Shown: positions 29,094 through 39,197, counted from the first letter of the stretch. The stretch: 59,679 bases of DNA from an uncultured Anaerostipes sp. (GCA_900756035.1 CAAEIR010000387.1:1-59679); one strand, 5' to 3'. Numbers and translations are program-made. Notes: generated by a model not told the origin, from the letters alone.

Positions 29094-30216
29094 ATACCGA
29101 AGTCTTAAGATAAGAATTATGATACAGACACTGGGGATCAGTATTATTGTGGGGCTGATTGGATATTTTATTTTGGATATCTTTGTGGATGGAGTTCTTC
29201 AGGACCCATTTGCCAAAACAATAGTTTATATTTTCCAGAGAATCGGAATGGATGAAGTCGAGGCAATTCGTCTGTATCGACTGATTTTCTGGCAGAATAA
29301 GTCATTGATTGTCGGTGTAGGTTTTTTTGGGCTGTTTTTGCTTAGTTTCTATCTTGGAATGTCAAAGTTTACAACCTATTTAAGACAGGTGGAATCAGGA
29401 ATCCAGATGATTTTAAACGAGTCGAAGGATAAAATTCCCCTGCCGCAGGAATTGAATCCTATGGAGAATAAACTCAATGAAATTAAAGGAACTCTAAAAG
29501 AACAGCGCAGAATTGCGGAGGAAAGTGAGCAGCGAAAGAATGATTTAATTGTATATCTGGCACATGACTTAAAGACGCCGCTGACCTCTATTATTGCTTA
29601 TTTGAGCCTTTTGGATGAAAATCCGGAACTTCCGGAAGAGCAGAGGGCAAAATATACAGGCATTTCGCTGGAAAAATCGAAACGCCTTGGGAAGTTAATC
29701 AATGAATTTTTTGAAATTACCCGATATAATCTTCAAAATATTACATTAGATAAAAAGGAATTTTATCTTTATGTTTTGCTGGAACAAGTAATGGATTCCT
29801 TTGCTCCGGTATTTAAGAGCAAAGGACTTCGGTGGAACATCGAGGTAGATGATAAAATTTTAATTTGCGGTGACCCGGACAGGCTTGCCCGTGTGTTTGA
29901 GAATCTTTTGCGAAATGCAGTTTCTTATTGTTATAAGGACTCGCTGATTGAGGTTTACGGTGTGGTCGAGGACAGCAATGCAAAGATTTCTGTGCGCAAT
30001 CAGGGAAAGACAATCCCGGAGCATCAGCTAAATAATTTATTTGAAAAATTTTACAGATTAGATGAAGCAAGATCTTCTGAAACAGGCGGGGCCGGACTTG
30101 GACTTGCCATTGCCAGGCAGATCATTGAGCTTCACGGTGGAACAATTCAAGCTGACAGCCAGAATGAGTATACGACATTCACTGTACGGCTGCCAAGAAA
30201 GAAGGAGGAACCATGA
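29071..30216 (+). CDS. Sensor histidine kinase, VanS-like
   Basis: Two TMs; KNDLIVYLAHDLKTPLTS H-box; FYRLD..RSSETGGAGLGL. Confidence 0.9.
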   Translation: MDTKLRSKYRSLKIRIMIQTLGISIIVGLIGYFILDIFVDGVLQDPFAKTIVYIFQRIGMDEVEAIRLYRLIFWQNKSLIVGVGFFGLFLLSFYLGMSKFTTYLRQVESGIQMILNESKDKIPLPQELNPMENKLNEIKGTLKEQRRIAEESEQRKNDLIVYLAHDLKTPLTSIIAYLSLLDENPELPEEQRAKYTGISLEKSKRLGKLINEFFEITRYNLQNITLDKKEFYLYVLLEQVMDSFAPVFKSKGLRWNIEVDDKILICGDPDRLARVFENLLRNAVSYCYKDSLIEVYGVVEDSNAKISVRNQGKTIPEHQLNNLFEKFYRLDEARSSETGGAGLGLAIARQIIELHGGTIQADSQNEYTTFTVRLPRKKEEP

Positions 30217-31847
30217 AAAAAGTATACGTAATTGGACATCGTAATCCGGATACAGACTCTATTTGCTCTGCTCTGGCTTACGCAAACTTGAAAAACGAAG
30301 TTGAAGGAGGAGGGTATCATGCATATCGTGCCGGAAATGTAAATGGCGAGACAAGATATGTACTGGATACCTTTGGTGTGGAAGAACCAGCCTATGTCAG
30401 CGATGTAAGACCGAGACTGACAGATTTGAATCTGAATGCCATTGCCGGAGTTTCGAAAGATGATTCTCTGAAGGCTGCCCGCGATATGATGCAGAAGCAG
30501 AAGATCGTATCTTTGCCGGTTCTGGAAGGGAAAAAGATGATTGGTCTGGTATCAATCAGTGATATCATGAACGCTACAATGGATGTTTACGATAATGAGA
30601 TTCTTGCCAAGGCAAAGACACCATATAAGAATCTTATTCAGACACTGGACGGAACCTTGCAGACCGGAGAGGAAGAAGGAATTATTTCTGAAGGAAAGCT
30701 TACAGTATCTGCGGCAAGTGTTGATACAATGGAAGAGTTTGTCACAGAAAAAGATATCGTAATTGTGGCAAATCGAAGAAAAGCCCAGCTTGGTGCAATC
30801 AAGACCGGAGTGCAGTGCATGGTAGTGTGTATGGATACTGCAGTTAATGAAGAAGTTTTACAACTGGCAAAAGAGAAGAACTGTCGAATTATTACAACAC
30901 CATATGATACGTTTACAGCAAGCCGGCTCATTTGTCAGTCTATTCCTGTATCCCATGTGATGGCAACAGATACAATCGTATCTTTCAATATGAACGATTA
31001 CATTGATGACGTAAAAGAAGAAATGACAAAGAAACGTTTCCGTTATTTCCCTGTATTAACTTGTGAAAATGAATTTTTAGGATTTGTATCCAGACGTCGT
31101 TTATTGGAATTTGACAAAAAGCAGATGATTCTTGTGGATCACAACGAATTATCTCAGGCGGTGGAAGGACTGGAAGAATGTGAGATTCTGGAGATTATTG
31201 ACCATCACAGAATCGGAAGTCTTGAGACGGTATCACCGGTTTATTTCAGAAATCAGCCGGTTGGATGTACAGGAACGATTGTTGCACAGATGTATCGTGA
31301 ACAGGGAATCGAGATTACAAAAGAGATGGCAGGGCTTATGTGTTCTGCAATCCTGTCAGATACTTTGATGTTCCGCTCGCCGACATGTACTCCGATTGAT
31401 GAACAGACTGCTAGAGAACTTGCAGCAATTGCCGGAATTGATGTAGAAGAGCATGCAAAAGCGATGTTCCGTGCCGGAAGCGATTTGAGTGGAAAGACAC
31501 CAAATGAGATCTTCTATCAGGATTATAAGAAGTTCAATGCAGACACCATTGATTTCGGTGTTGGACAGATTACTTCCATGGATCAGGGTGAATTAGATGC
31601 AATCAAAGAGCCGATTCTTGCCTATATGGATTCTGTAAGGGAAGAACAGGGACTTGAAATGGTATTTTTCATGCTGACGAATATTCTAGAAGAGACAACA
31701 CATCTTCTGATGTGCGGAGGGGGAAGCAAAGATATTATTGAACGTGCCTTTGAGGTAGAATCCGATGGAAAAATCGCAGTACTTCCTGGAGTAATGTCCA
31801 GAAAGAAACAGATGGTTCCAAATGTATTAAACGCATTTCAGCAGTAA
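30213..31847 (+). CDS. Mn-dependent inorganic pyrophosphatase with CBS/DRTGG insert (family II)
   Basis: GHRNPDTDS, DHH, SDT, SRKKQ; long CBS-DRTGG insert. Confidence 0.92.
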   Translation: MKKVYVIGHRNPDTDSICSALAYANLKNEVEGGGYHAYRAGNVNGETRYVLDTFGVEEPAYVSDVRPRLTDLNLNAIAGVSKDDSLKAARDMMQKQKIVSLPVLEGKKMIGLVSISDIMNATMDVYDNEILAKAKTPYKNLIQTLDGTLQTGEEEGIISEGKLTVSAASVDTMEEFVTEKDIVIVANRRKAQLGAIKTGVQCMVVCMDTAVNEEVLQLAKEKNCRIITTPYDTFTASRLICQSIPVSHVMATDTIVSFNMNDYIDDVKEEMTKKRFRYFPVLTCENEFLGFVSRRRLLEFDKKQMILVDHNELSQAVEGLEECEILEIIDHHRIGSLETVSPVYFRNQPVGCTGTIVAQMYREQGIEITKEMAGLMCSAILSDTLMFRSPTCTPIDEQTARELAAIAGIDVEEHAKAMFRAGSDLSGKTPNEIFYQDYKKFNADTIDFGVGQITSMDQGELDAIKEPILAYMDSVREEQGLEMVFFMLTNILEETTHLLMCGGGSKDIIERAFEVESDGKIAVLPGVMSRKKQMVPNVLNAFQQ

Positions 31848-31892
31848 AAAACAGCCGAAATAACCGGGAAAAACCGGTTGTTTCGGCTGTTT
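31848..31892. terminator. Bidirectional terminator
   Basis: AAAACAGCCGAAATAACCGG/CCGGTTGTTTCGGCTGTTTT. Confidence 0.85.
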
Positions 31893-31915
31893 TGTGTTGT
31901 GATAAAATTTTAAAA

Positions 31916-32512
31916 CTATATTTGAAGATATTTCAGGTTGTAAGATAGAATCTTAGCAGTCATTCCCCAGATGATGTAATCATCATAGCGGTAAAAAGCG
32001 ACTTCATAGGAACCCTCTGCCCATGGATAATTTTTTCCGCCGGGAATATCTTCGAATGGGAAGACTTCGCCGGGACGAAAATCAATTCGATTATAATAAA
32101 GGTCCGGTTTTGTTTCCTGAAAGAATTTCAGAGGAACTGTAAAGACCGACTGTACTTCGTCCCTGCTGAATTGTCCCTGATAATCAATTAATTCACCTAA
32201 GAAAGGTTCCACACGAAATCCGGCGGGAGATAGAAAGTAATCTAAGGGGCCATAAAATTTTAAGTTATTCTCTTCGATGAGAAGTTCTTCTTTTGTCTCC
32301 CGGACTGCAGTTTCTGCTGATGTTTCTCCGGGTTCCATCCGTCCGCCGGGAAAACAGATTTCTCCCGGCTGGTGGTTTAATTTTTCGGAACGGACTTCAA
32401 ATAGAATATGATATCCGTCTTCCTTCTGGATCAGAGGAATTAAGACGGCAGATACCCGTTCCTGTTCCTGCTCAATTCGTTTCGGAATACGGTGGTTTAA
32501 ATGTTCGAACAT
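31916..32512 (-). CDS. Nudix hydrolase, CoA pyrophosphatase-like
   Basis: QPGEICFPGG..ETAVRETKEE, IWGMTA. Confidence 0.88.
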   Translation of the reverse strand: MFEHLNHRIPKRIEQEQERVSAVLIPLIQKEDGYHILFEVRSEKLNHQPGEICFPGGRMEPGETSAETAVRETKEELLIEENNLKFYGPLDYFLSPAGFRVEPFLGELIDYQGQFSRDEVQSVFTVPLKFFQETKPDLYYNRIDFRPGEVFPFEDIPGGKNYPWAEGSYEVAFYRYDDYIIWGMTAKILSYNLKYLQI

Positions 32513-32521
32513 AAGAATCTC

Positions 32522-33940
32522 CTAAAACCTGAAATCACGTTTTCCTTCGTGAATATTTTCAATATATTCGGTTGCTTTTTGCTGTACCACAGGATTTGGA
32601 ATCTTTTTGAGAGCCTCTTGAATCAGGGCTTCTCCCTTTTCTTTTACTTCTTCTGAAGCATAATCTTCCAAGTATTCTTTCAGTGTCATAAGTGCATTTG
32701 GAGCACAACAGTTGGCAATCTGTCCAGATTTTACAAGAGTCATAAAACGGTCTCCGGTACGGCCCTCGCGGTAGCAGGCAGTACAAAAACTCGGAATATG
32801 ACCAAGATCCATCAGCCATCCGATAATTTCATCCAGCGTACGTTCATCATTTTTCTCAAACTGAGCGGAATTATCCTCAGGTTTTTCTTTTTCGGCATAG
32901 CCACCGACACTGGTAGAAGATGCTCCGCTGATCTGTGAGACTCCGACCTTTAAGACACGTTCCCTGGATTCCTGTGTCTCACGAGTGGAAACGATGATTC
33001 CGGTATAAGGAACCGCAATACGTAAAATTGCCACAATCTTTTCAAAGACATCATCATTAATGGAATTTTCAAAATCTTCCGGATCAATATCATCGGCGGG
33101 GCGAATTCTTGGAACGCTGATCGTATGAGGTCCCACACCGAATTTTGCTTCCAGATGTTCTGCATGCATTAAAAGGCCGGCAAAATCATAGCGGTACATA
33201 TCAAGTCCAAATAATACACCGATTCCTACATCATCAATTCCGGCGGTCATGGCACGGTCCATGGCTTCTGTATGGTATGCATAATCATGTTTCGGACCGG
33301 TTGGGTGAAGAATCTCATAATTATCTTTATGATAAGTTTCCTGGAACAGAATATAAGTTCCGATTCCCACATCTTTTAATTTTTTGTAATTTTCTACGGT
33401 AGTAGCCGCAATATTTACATTTACACGTCGGATAGCCCCGTTTTTATGTTTGATACTGTAAATAGTCTTGATGCTTTCCAGTACGTATTCGATTGGAATA
33501 TTGACAGGGTCTTCGCCGGTTTCCAAAGCAAGTCTTTTGTGCCCCATATCCTGAAGGGCAATAACTTCTTTTTTGATTTCCTCCTGTGTTAGTTTTTTTC
33601 TGCGGATATGTTTGTTTTTATAATGGTATGGACAATAGGTACAGCCATTGACACAATAATTGGCAAGATAAAGCGGCGCAAACATAACAATACGGTTTCC
33701 GTAAAATTCCTCTTTGATTTTGATAGCCAGATCAAAAATCTTTTGGATTAACTCTTTGTCATCACAGGCAAGAAGGACAGAAGCTTCTCTGTGAGAGAGC
33801 CCTTTAAAATTTTTTGCTTTTTCAATAATAGATAAAATAAGCTCTTTGTTGTTTTTATTGGCATCTGCATAGGCGATGGTTTCTTTGATTTCCTGATCGT
33901 CAATAAATTCTTCTGCAATGCCTGATTCTGGTTTGTACAT
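32522..33940 (-). CDS. hydG: [FeFe]-hydrogenase H-cluster radical SAM maturase
   Basis: CVNGCTYC radical SAM motif plus C-terminal CTAC...C auxiliary cluster motif. Confidence 0.92.
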   Translation of the reverse strand: MYKPESGIAEEFIDDQEIKETIAYADANKNNKELILSIIEKAKNFKGLSHREASVLLACDDKELIQKIFDLAIKIKEEFYGNRIVMFAPLYLANYCVNGCTYCPYHYKNKHIRRKKLTQEEIKKEVIALQDMGHKRLALETGEDPVNIPIEYVLESIKTIYSIKHKNGAIRRVNVNIAATTVENYKKLKDVGIGTYILFQETYHKDNYEILHPTGPKHDYAYHTEAMDRAMTAGIDDVGIGVLFGLDMYRYDFAGLLMHAEHLEAKFGVGPHTISVPRIRPADDIDPEDFENSINDDVFEKIVAILRIAVPYTGIIVSTRETQESRERVLKVGVSQISGASSTSVGGYAEKEKPEDNSAQFEKNDERTLDEIIGWLMDLGHIPSFCTACYREGRTGDRFMTLVKSGQIANCCAPNALMTLKEYLEDYASEEVKEKGEALIQEALKKIPNPVVQQKATEYIENIHEGKRDFRF

Positions 33941-33952
33941 GGTGGTTCTCCT

Positions 33953-34207
33953 TTAATTTTTCTTTGTAAACATAGATTTTACAGTAATGCCCTGAATCAT
34001 TCCGAGTTTTCCGGACAGTGTGCTGATGATATTGGCAGGGGCGTCCAGAACGACAGAAATAATATTGGTATTCTTTTCGCGATAAGGGATTCCCATGCGC
34101 CCTACAATATATTCTCTGTAGTCATGAAGAATCTGATTTACCGGCTGTACCGATTCCTCCTGTTCGATTAGAATTCCAATCAGAGCAATTCGTGTTTCTG
34201 TCTCCAT
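33953..34207 (-). CDS. TM1266-family iron-only hydrogenase system putative regulator
   Basis: RIALIGI, IVGRMGIPY, LSGKLG; adjacent to hydG. Confidence 0.88.
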   Translation of the reverse strand: METETRIALIGILIEQEESVQPVNQILHDYREYIVGRMGIPYREKNTNIISVVLDAPANIISTLSGKLGMIQGITVKSMFTKKN

Positions 34208-34243
34208 GATATCCTCCTTTTATATATGGATGCATTCTGAGAT

Positions 34244-34386
34244 AAGAAAAGGCATATCCAGTATCCTGAATATGCCATGAAATCTGATATAGATATAAGA
34301 CTCGCGAAAGCGGGTCCTAGTTCCATCATAAGATCAATCTTGGCTTCAGGAAATACCTTGGCTTCAGAATGAAAATTTTGTCTCTG
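34244..34386 (-). promoter_or_regulatory. Structured 5' leader with intrinsic terminator (putative attenuator)
   Basis: GGCATATTCAG-GATA-CTGGATATGCC-TTTTCTT before the RBS; 2x CTGAAGCCAAG. Confidence 0.65.
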
Positions 34387-34392
34387 GTTTTT

Positions 34393-34420
34393 ATTATAAA
34401 TGATATGAATAAAAAGTCAA
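34393..34420 (-). promoter_or_regulatory. sigma-A promoter of TM1266-hydG
   Basis: TTGACT-N16-TATAAT. Confidence 0.65.
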
Positions 34421-34530
34421 CGCACACAGGGAACAAAAAGGGAAATTCCTTGTCTTTTAGATGGTTTCATTGTATATTTATCTCATAAGAACATTAGAAG
34501 ATACCACAAAAGATCATGAAGGAGAGAATC

Positions 34531-37344
34531 ATGTTGAAACTGCAGGGGGAAAATCAAAAATTAGCAAAGCTGGCCGCAATCCTGAAAAATAGTGGGATCT
34601 CAATCTTTGAGTATGATAGTGAGAAAGACGAACTTGTAGTGTATGATCATGATCTGCAGATTATGGACCGGATACAGGATTATGTCAACATGTATGTGCC
34701 AACCAAGAGTCGGATTTATCCGGAGGATCGTAAGAAAGCAGAGGAATTATATAATGGAATCCGAAAAGATCCTATTGAGATTCGGGAGGTTCAGGATGAT
34801 GGATCAATTCGAAGGAAAGTCATAGAAGGGATCTGGATGGAAGATTCCGATACCGGGAGACAGTCTTTTGTTGGAAGTGTAAAAGATGTGACGCAGGAAA
34901 AGGAAAAAGAGGATGTTTTAAAAGACAAAATAAAAAGAGATGCACTGACGTCCCTGTATCACAATATTTCGGGAAGGCATTTGATTGATGAATACTTAAG
35001 TCATAAAGATCCTTATGATTCCTGTGGCCTGGTGGTTTTAGATATTGACTATTTTAAGGCGGTGAATGATACCTATGGGCATCTGTTCGGAGATAAAGTA
35101 TTAAAAGCATTAGCAAATCTTATGAAAAAGCAATTTTCGGAAGAAAAAGAAATTATCCTTCGTGTTGGGGGAGATGAATTTGTGATTTTCTTCAAAAATG
35201 TTTCAAATATTGAACTGGTGCGTAAGATTGTGGAACTGAGAGATGGAATCAGTAAGATTCAGTTCCCGGAGAGCGATTATGTCATGACATGCAGTATAGG
35301 TGTGTGCTATCTTCCACAGAATATATCGGGTTACACCTATAATCAACTGTTTGAGAATGCGGACTGGGCTCTTTATCAGGCAAAAGAAAAGGGAAGAAAC
35401 TGCTACGTATTTTGTGATAATCTTCAGAGATTTGAAATTGCAGCAGAAAACAAAAAGGCAGAGGATATGGGAATTGATGCCAGATATTTGCGAAATGATG
35501 TTGTATCTACGGCATTTGAGATTTTTGAAAAAACGCATAGCTTTGAGGTTGCCCTGGAACTTTTAATGAAGGTGATCGGTGCCAGATTTTATTTAGATCG
35601 GATTACGGTTGTACAGACCAATGTAAAAGACAAAATGGTTGGGAAAAACTATCAGTGGAGATCTCCAAGAGCTCCCGAAGTTTTAAAGACAAATGACACT
35701 TTTATGAAAGAAGATTTTCTTACGTTATTTCACAGCTATGATGAGTATGGAACATGTGTGCTTCAGCATGACAATATGGGGATGTATTCAGAGCAGGCAA
35801 GAAGGCTTCTGATGCAGGGAGAAGCAAAGACAGTTGTGTATGCGGCAATGTATTGTGAAGGACAGTATACAGGAGCTATTTCTTATGTTGTATGTGATAA
35901 AAAACGACAGTGGTCAAAAGAAAAGTTAAGACAGCTTTCGGAAGTGACAAAGATTATTTCCGCACATCTGGCGAAGAATCAGATGATGAATCATGTATAT
36001 CAGGGTATTGCTCCTCAGCTGGAACATGATCCACTGACCGGATTGATTGCTTTTAATCGTTTCCATGAGGAAGTTGAGCGGATTATTGTAGGAAATAAAG
36101 AATCTGCATTTATTATGTTATATATGGACTTTCAGAATTTTAAATATTTTAATTATCGATATGGCTATGAGGTGGGCGATCGGGTACTGAAGGAGTTCTG
36201 TAATCATATCATACGAAGTGTGGAGGGGCAGTCGGATATTTACTTTACAAGGATTGTGGCAGACCAGTTTTTACTATTTAAGCCAACGGCGTATTCCGCT
36301 GAGGAAATTGAAAAAGGAAATATCGGAATTAAAGAAGAAATTATGGGATTTGCCACTGAACAGAAAGAAAAATTTCCGCAGGCATCTCTCCGGATTCGTG
36401 CCGGAATTTATTACATTACTCCGCAATGTGTCAGCGCAGGCTTTGCGATTGATGCGTCAAATTATGCCAGATGCCAGATAAAGAGTACTGAAAAATCAAC
36501 TATCAAATTATATAATGACGAGATGAAAAAAAAGCATCATCTGGAAAGTAAGATTATCAATGATATGCAGAGTGCAATAAAGAATCATCAATTTAAAGTA
36601 TATCTTCAGCCGAAATATTCTCTGAAGGATTCAAAGGTATCCGGAGCAGAAGCGCTGGTGCGATGGGAACGGGAAGACGGAGAAATTCTCTATCCGGATG
36701 CGTTTATTCCTGTTTATGAGGAGTATGGACAGATTTTAGATCTGGATTTATATGTTTTTGAACAGGTAGTAAATTTCCTCGCGAAAAATAAAAAAATGGG
36801 AAGAAAGCAGGTTCCGATTTCAATTAATGCATCAGGACTTCATGGAAAGGATTCAAAGACGGTGCAAAAATATCTTTCGGTTTTAAAACAATATGAGATT
36901 GATTCGTCTCTGGTGGAAATAGAACTGACGGAAACTTCATTGGTTCAGGATTATGAAAATATAAAACAAATGTTTTCGGAGCTGAAAGAGAGAGGAATCA
37001 AAATTGTATTGGATGATTTTGGAAGCGGATATTCTGTTTTAAATACCATTGTAGATCTTCCGATCGATATTATTAAAATTGACCGGGGATTTATGAACAG
37101 CTGTACGACGAGTAAAAAGGGAACTCGGTTTTTGGAGCAGATCATAAAAATGATACGGCAACTTGGATATGGTATTGTCTGCGAGGGTGTGGAGACCATC
37201 GAACAGGTGGAATTTCTGAGAAAGGCAAAATGTGATGAGATTCAGGGATATTGGTATGCAAAACCTATGTCGATCCCTGAGTATGAGAAAAGGTTTTACG
37301 GAGAAAATGGGATCAATATAGTGGATGAAGAAAAGCCGTTTTAG
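34531..37344 (+). CDS. Diguanylate cyclase/phosphodiesterase (GGDEF, GAF-like, degenerate GGDEF, EAL)
   Basis: GGDEF intact; second domain IVADQF; EALVRW and DDFGSGYS; ATG 34531 after AAGGAG. Confidence 0.9.
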   Translation: MLKLQGENQKLAKLAAILKNSGISIFEYDSEKDELVVYDHDLQIMDRIQDYVNMYVPTKSRIYPEDRKKAEELYNGIRKDPIEIREVQDDGSIRRKVIEGIWMEDSDTGRQSFVGSVKDVTQEKEKEDVLKDKIKRDALTSLYHNISGRHLIDEYLSHKDPYDSCGLVVLDIDYFKAVNDTYGHLFGDKVLKALANLMKKQFSEEKEIILRVGGDEFVIFFKNVSNIELVRKIVELRDGISKIQFPESDYVMTCSIGVCYLPQNISGYTYNQLFENADWALYQAKEKGRNCYVFCDNLQRFEIAAENKKAEDMGIDARYLRNDVVSTAFEIFEKTHSFEVALELLMKVIGARFYLDRITVVQTNVKDKMVGKNYQWRSPRAPEVLKTNDTFMKEDFLTLFHSYDEYGTCVLQHDNMGMYSEQARRLLMQGEAKTVVYAAMYCEGQYTGAISYVVCDKKRQWSKEKLRQLSEVTKIISAHLAKNQMMNHVYQGIAPQLEHDPLTGLIAFNRFHEEVERIIVGNKESAFIMLYMDFQNFKYFNYRYGYEVGDRVLKEFCNHIIRSVEGQSDIYFTRIVADQFLLFKPTAYSAEEIEKGNIGIKEEIMGFATEQKEKFPQASLRIRAGIYYITPQCVSAGFAIDASNYARCQIKSTEKSTIKLYNDEMKKKHHLESKIINDMQSAIKNHQFKVYLQPKYSLKDSKVSGAEALVRWEREDGEILYPDAFIPVYEEYGQILDLDLYVFEQVVNFLAKNKKMGRKQVPISINASGLHGKDSKTVQKYLSVLKQYEIDSSLVEIELTETSLVQDYENIKQMFSELKERGIKIVLDDFGSGYSVLNTIVDLPIDIIKIDRGFMNSCTTSKKGTRFLEQIIKMIRQLGYGIVCEGVETIEQVEFLRKAKCDEIQGYWYAKPMSIPEYEKRFYGENGINIVDEEKPF

Positions 37345-37407
37345 CCCTTTGTTCATTGCATTTCGGAAGGAAAAAAAGTATAATAAAAGAAGAACTGGAG
37401 GAGTAAT

Positions 37408-37905
37408 ATGAGTGGCAGAAATGAAAAAGAGTTAGAGGGAATTACTTTGCTTGGTAATCAGGGAACTAAATATCCGGACGACTACGCGCCGGAGGTTTTG
37501 GAGTCTTTTGAGAATAAGCATATGGAGAATGATTATTTTGTAAAATTTAATGCACCGGAATTTACCAGTCTTTGTCCGATGACTGGACAGCCGGATTTTG
37601 CGACAATCTATATTTCTTATGTACCTGCAAAGAAGATGGTGGAGAGTAAGTCTCTGAAATTATATTTATATAGTTTTCGTAATCATGGAGATTTTCACGA
37701 GGATTGTGTGAATATTATTATGAAAGATCTCATAGCATTGATGGAACCAAAATATATTGAGGTATGGGGAAAGTTTACACCGAGGGGCGGTATTTCCATT
37801 GATCCGTATTGTAATTACGGAAAACCGGGAACAAAATGGGAGGAAGTTGCCTGGCACAGGCTTTCTAACCATGATATGTATCCGGAGAAAATTGATAATC
37901 GGTAA
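37408..37905 (+). CDS. queF: PreQ0 reductase
   Basis: [32 protein letters not shown]. Confidence 0.95.
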   Translation: MSGRNEKELEGITLLGNQGTKYPDDYAPEVLESFENKHMENDYFVKFNAPEFTSLCPMTGQPDFATIYISYVPAKKMVESKSLKLYLYSFRNHGDFHEDCVNIIMKDLIALMEPKYIEVWGKFTPRGGISIDPYCNYGKPGTKWEEVAWHRLSNHDMYPEKIDNR

Positions 37906-37949
37906 AGGGATACTATTGATTTATCATTTATATAAGAAGGAGAAAAAGT

Positions 37950-39197
37950 ATGGTAAAAAAATTTTTAAAGGGCACTTTATGTGCGGCACTGTCTCTGTCC
38001 ATGGCACTGGGCGGCGTGATGGTAGGAGCATCTCAGGATCAGAGCGCGAAAGTACAGGCTAGTAAAGATCGTGTGCAGACTACGGTGCAAAGTACGGCAG
38101 CACCATTGAAGAAAGTGGAAAAGAAGCAGAGTAAGGTGAAGGACGCCAGAAATGTACAGACGGTGACTACGACAGTAGCAGATACAATTTCCCGGTATAA
38201 CAGTTTTATGGCAAATGGAAATGCACAGACTGGGATTGAAGGAACGGTTGGTACTGCGGGATTGATTCCGGTTGGAGTTGTGCGAGTCAGCAGAACGGGA
38301 ACGGTCATTGTAAAGTATTACTGTTATACAACAAGTCCGTATGGATCTCAGTATGAGCAAACATTGAAACTGATACATACCAATGGGGCAGAAATATCCG
38401 GAGTTACGATGTCAAGAACCGGAACAGGAAATAAACGACAGCTCTGGGCAACGAATGTTCCGGCGGGAACTTATTATATTGCGACCTCTTATACAATATC
38501 AAAAAATACTTATATTAAGGCAGGTTTTTCTTCAGCAGTAGTTCCGAATGCTAATGGACGTTATCTTAACAGCAATGGAATTTTAGTTGGTGGAAACAGA
38601 GGAACTTCTTATCAGTATTTTAAGATGTCAAAACGTGGGGTTGCAAAACTGGCACTTCAAAGATATGTTTACTATGGCGGACCACGTGGTATGGAATATA
38701 CGGTTCAGAGAAGAAGTGGAAGAAGCTGGAAAACAGTACAATCAAGAAAGTATTCCTCCTCTAATTCATGGGGCTATGTAGGATTAAGTGCGGGAACCTA
38801 TCGATTAGTATTGAAGAGTCCGGATAGTAATGTATTGGCACTTCGCTTTAGGGCATCTACAGCCAATAGTTCTTACGGAACTAAGAAGAAAAAAGCAAAG
38901 ACCATCAAACGTAAGAAATATAAAAAACAGACCTTTGCACCGACAGACAGTACAAAAAAAGCACACTGGTACAAGATTAAGGTTTCTAAAAAACGTTCCA
39001 CATATATTGACGTTACAAGTTTGGGAAATGAAGGATCTATCTGGGCACAGGTTTCAGGAAGAACGAGACTGAAATCTAAAAAGATTAAAAACGGAATTCG
39101 TTTTTACGGAAAAGCCAAGGCGGGAACTTATTATATTAAGGTTTATAAACTTAGCAAGAGTACCACAGGATCTTATCAGATTAAATATAAAAAATAA
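37950..39197 (+). CDS. Secreted basic protein with repeated beta-sandwich (PPC-like) modules
   Basis: Signal peptide; three AGTY(Y/R) motifs; Lys/Arg/Tyr/Thr-rich. Confidence 0.7.
   Translation: MVKKFLKGTLCAALSLSMALGGVMVGASQDQSAKVQASKDRVQTTVQSTAAPLKKVEKKQSKVKDARNVQTVTTTVADTISRYNSFMANGNAQTGIEGTVGTAGLIPVGVVRVSRTGTVIVKYYCYTTSPYGSQYEQTLKLIHTNGAEISGVTMSRTGTGNKRQLWATNVPAGTYYIATSYTISKNTYIKAGFSSAVVPNANGRYLNSNGILVGGNRGTSYQYFKMSKRGVAKLALQRYVYYGGPRGMEYTVQRRSGRSWKTVQSRKYSSSNSWGYVGLSAGTYRLVLKSPDSNVLALRFRASTANSSYGTKKKKAKTIKRKKYKKQTFAPTDSTKKAHWYKIKVSKKRSTYIDVTSLGNEGSIWAQVSGRTRLKSKKIKNGIRFYGKAKAGTYYIKVYKLSKSTTGSYQIKYKK

Noticed and set aside
28392..30216. Vancomycin resistance cluster
   Set aside because: No ligase, dehydrogenase/racemase or D,D-peptidase nearby.
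32522..33940. ThiH instead of HydG
   Set aside because: The C-terminal cysteine motif, length and adjacent TM1266 gene indicate HydG.
34244..34386. T-box or leader-peptide attenuator for hydG
   Set aside because: GATGGAACT only loosely resembles the T-box and there is no stem I; the leader ATG lacks an RBS and a biased codon run.
37345..37407. preQ1 riboswitch before queF
   Set aside because: TTGCAT-N17-TATAAT leaves only a ~20-nt leader; no aptamer consensus.
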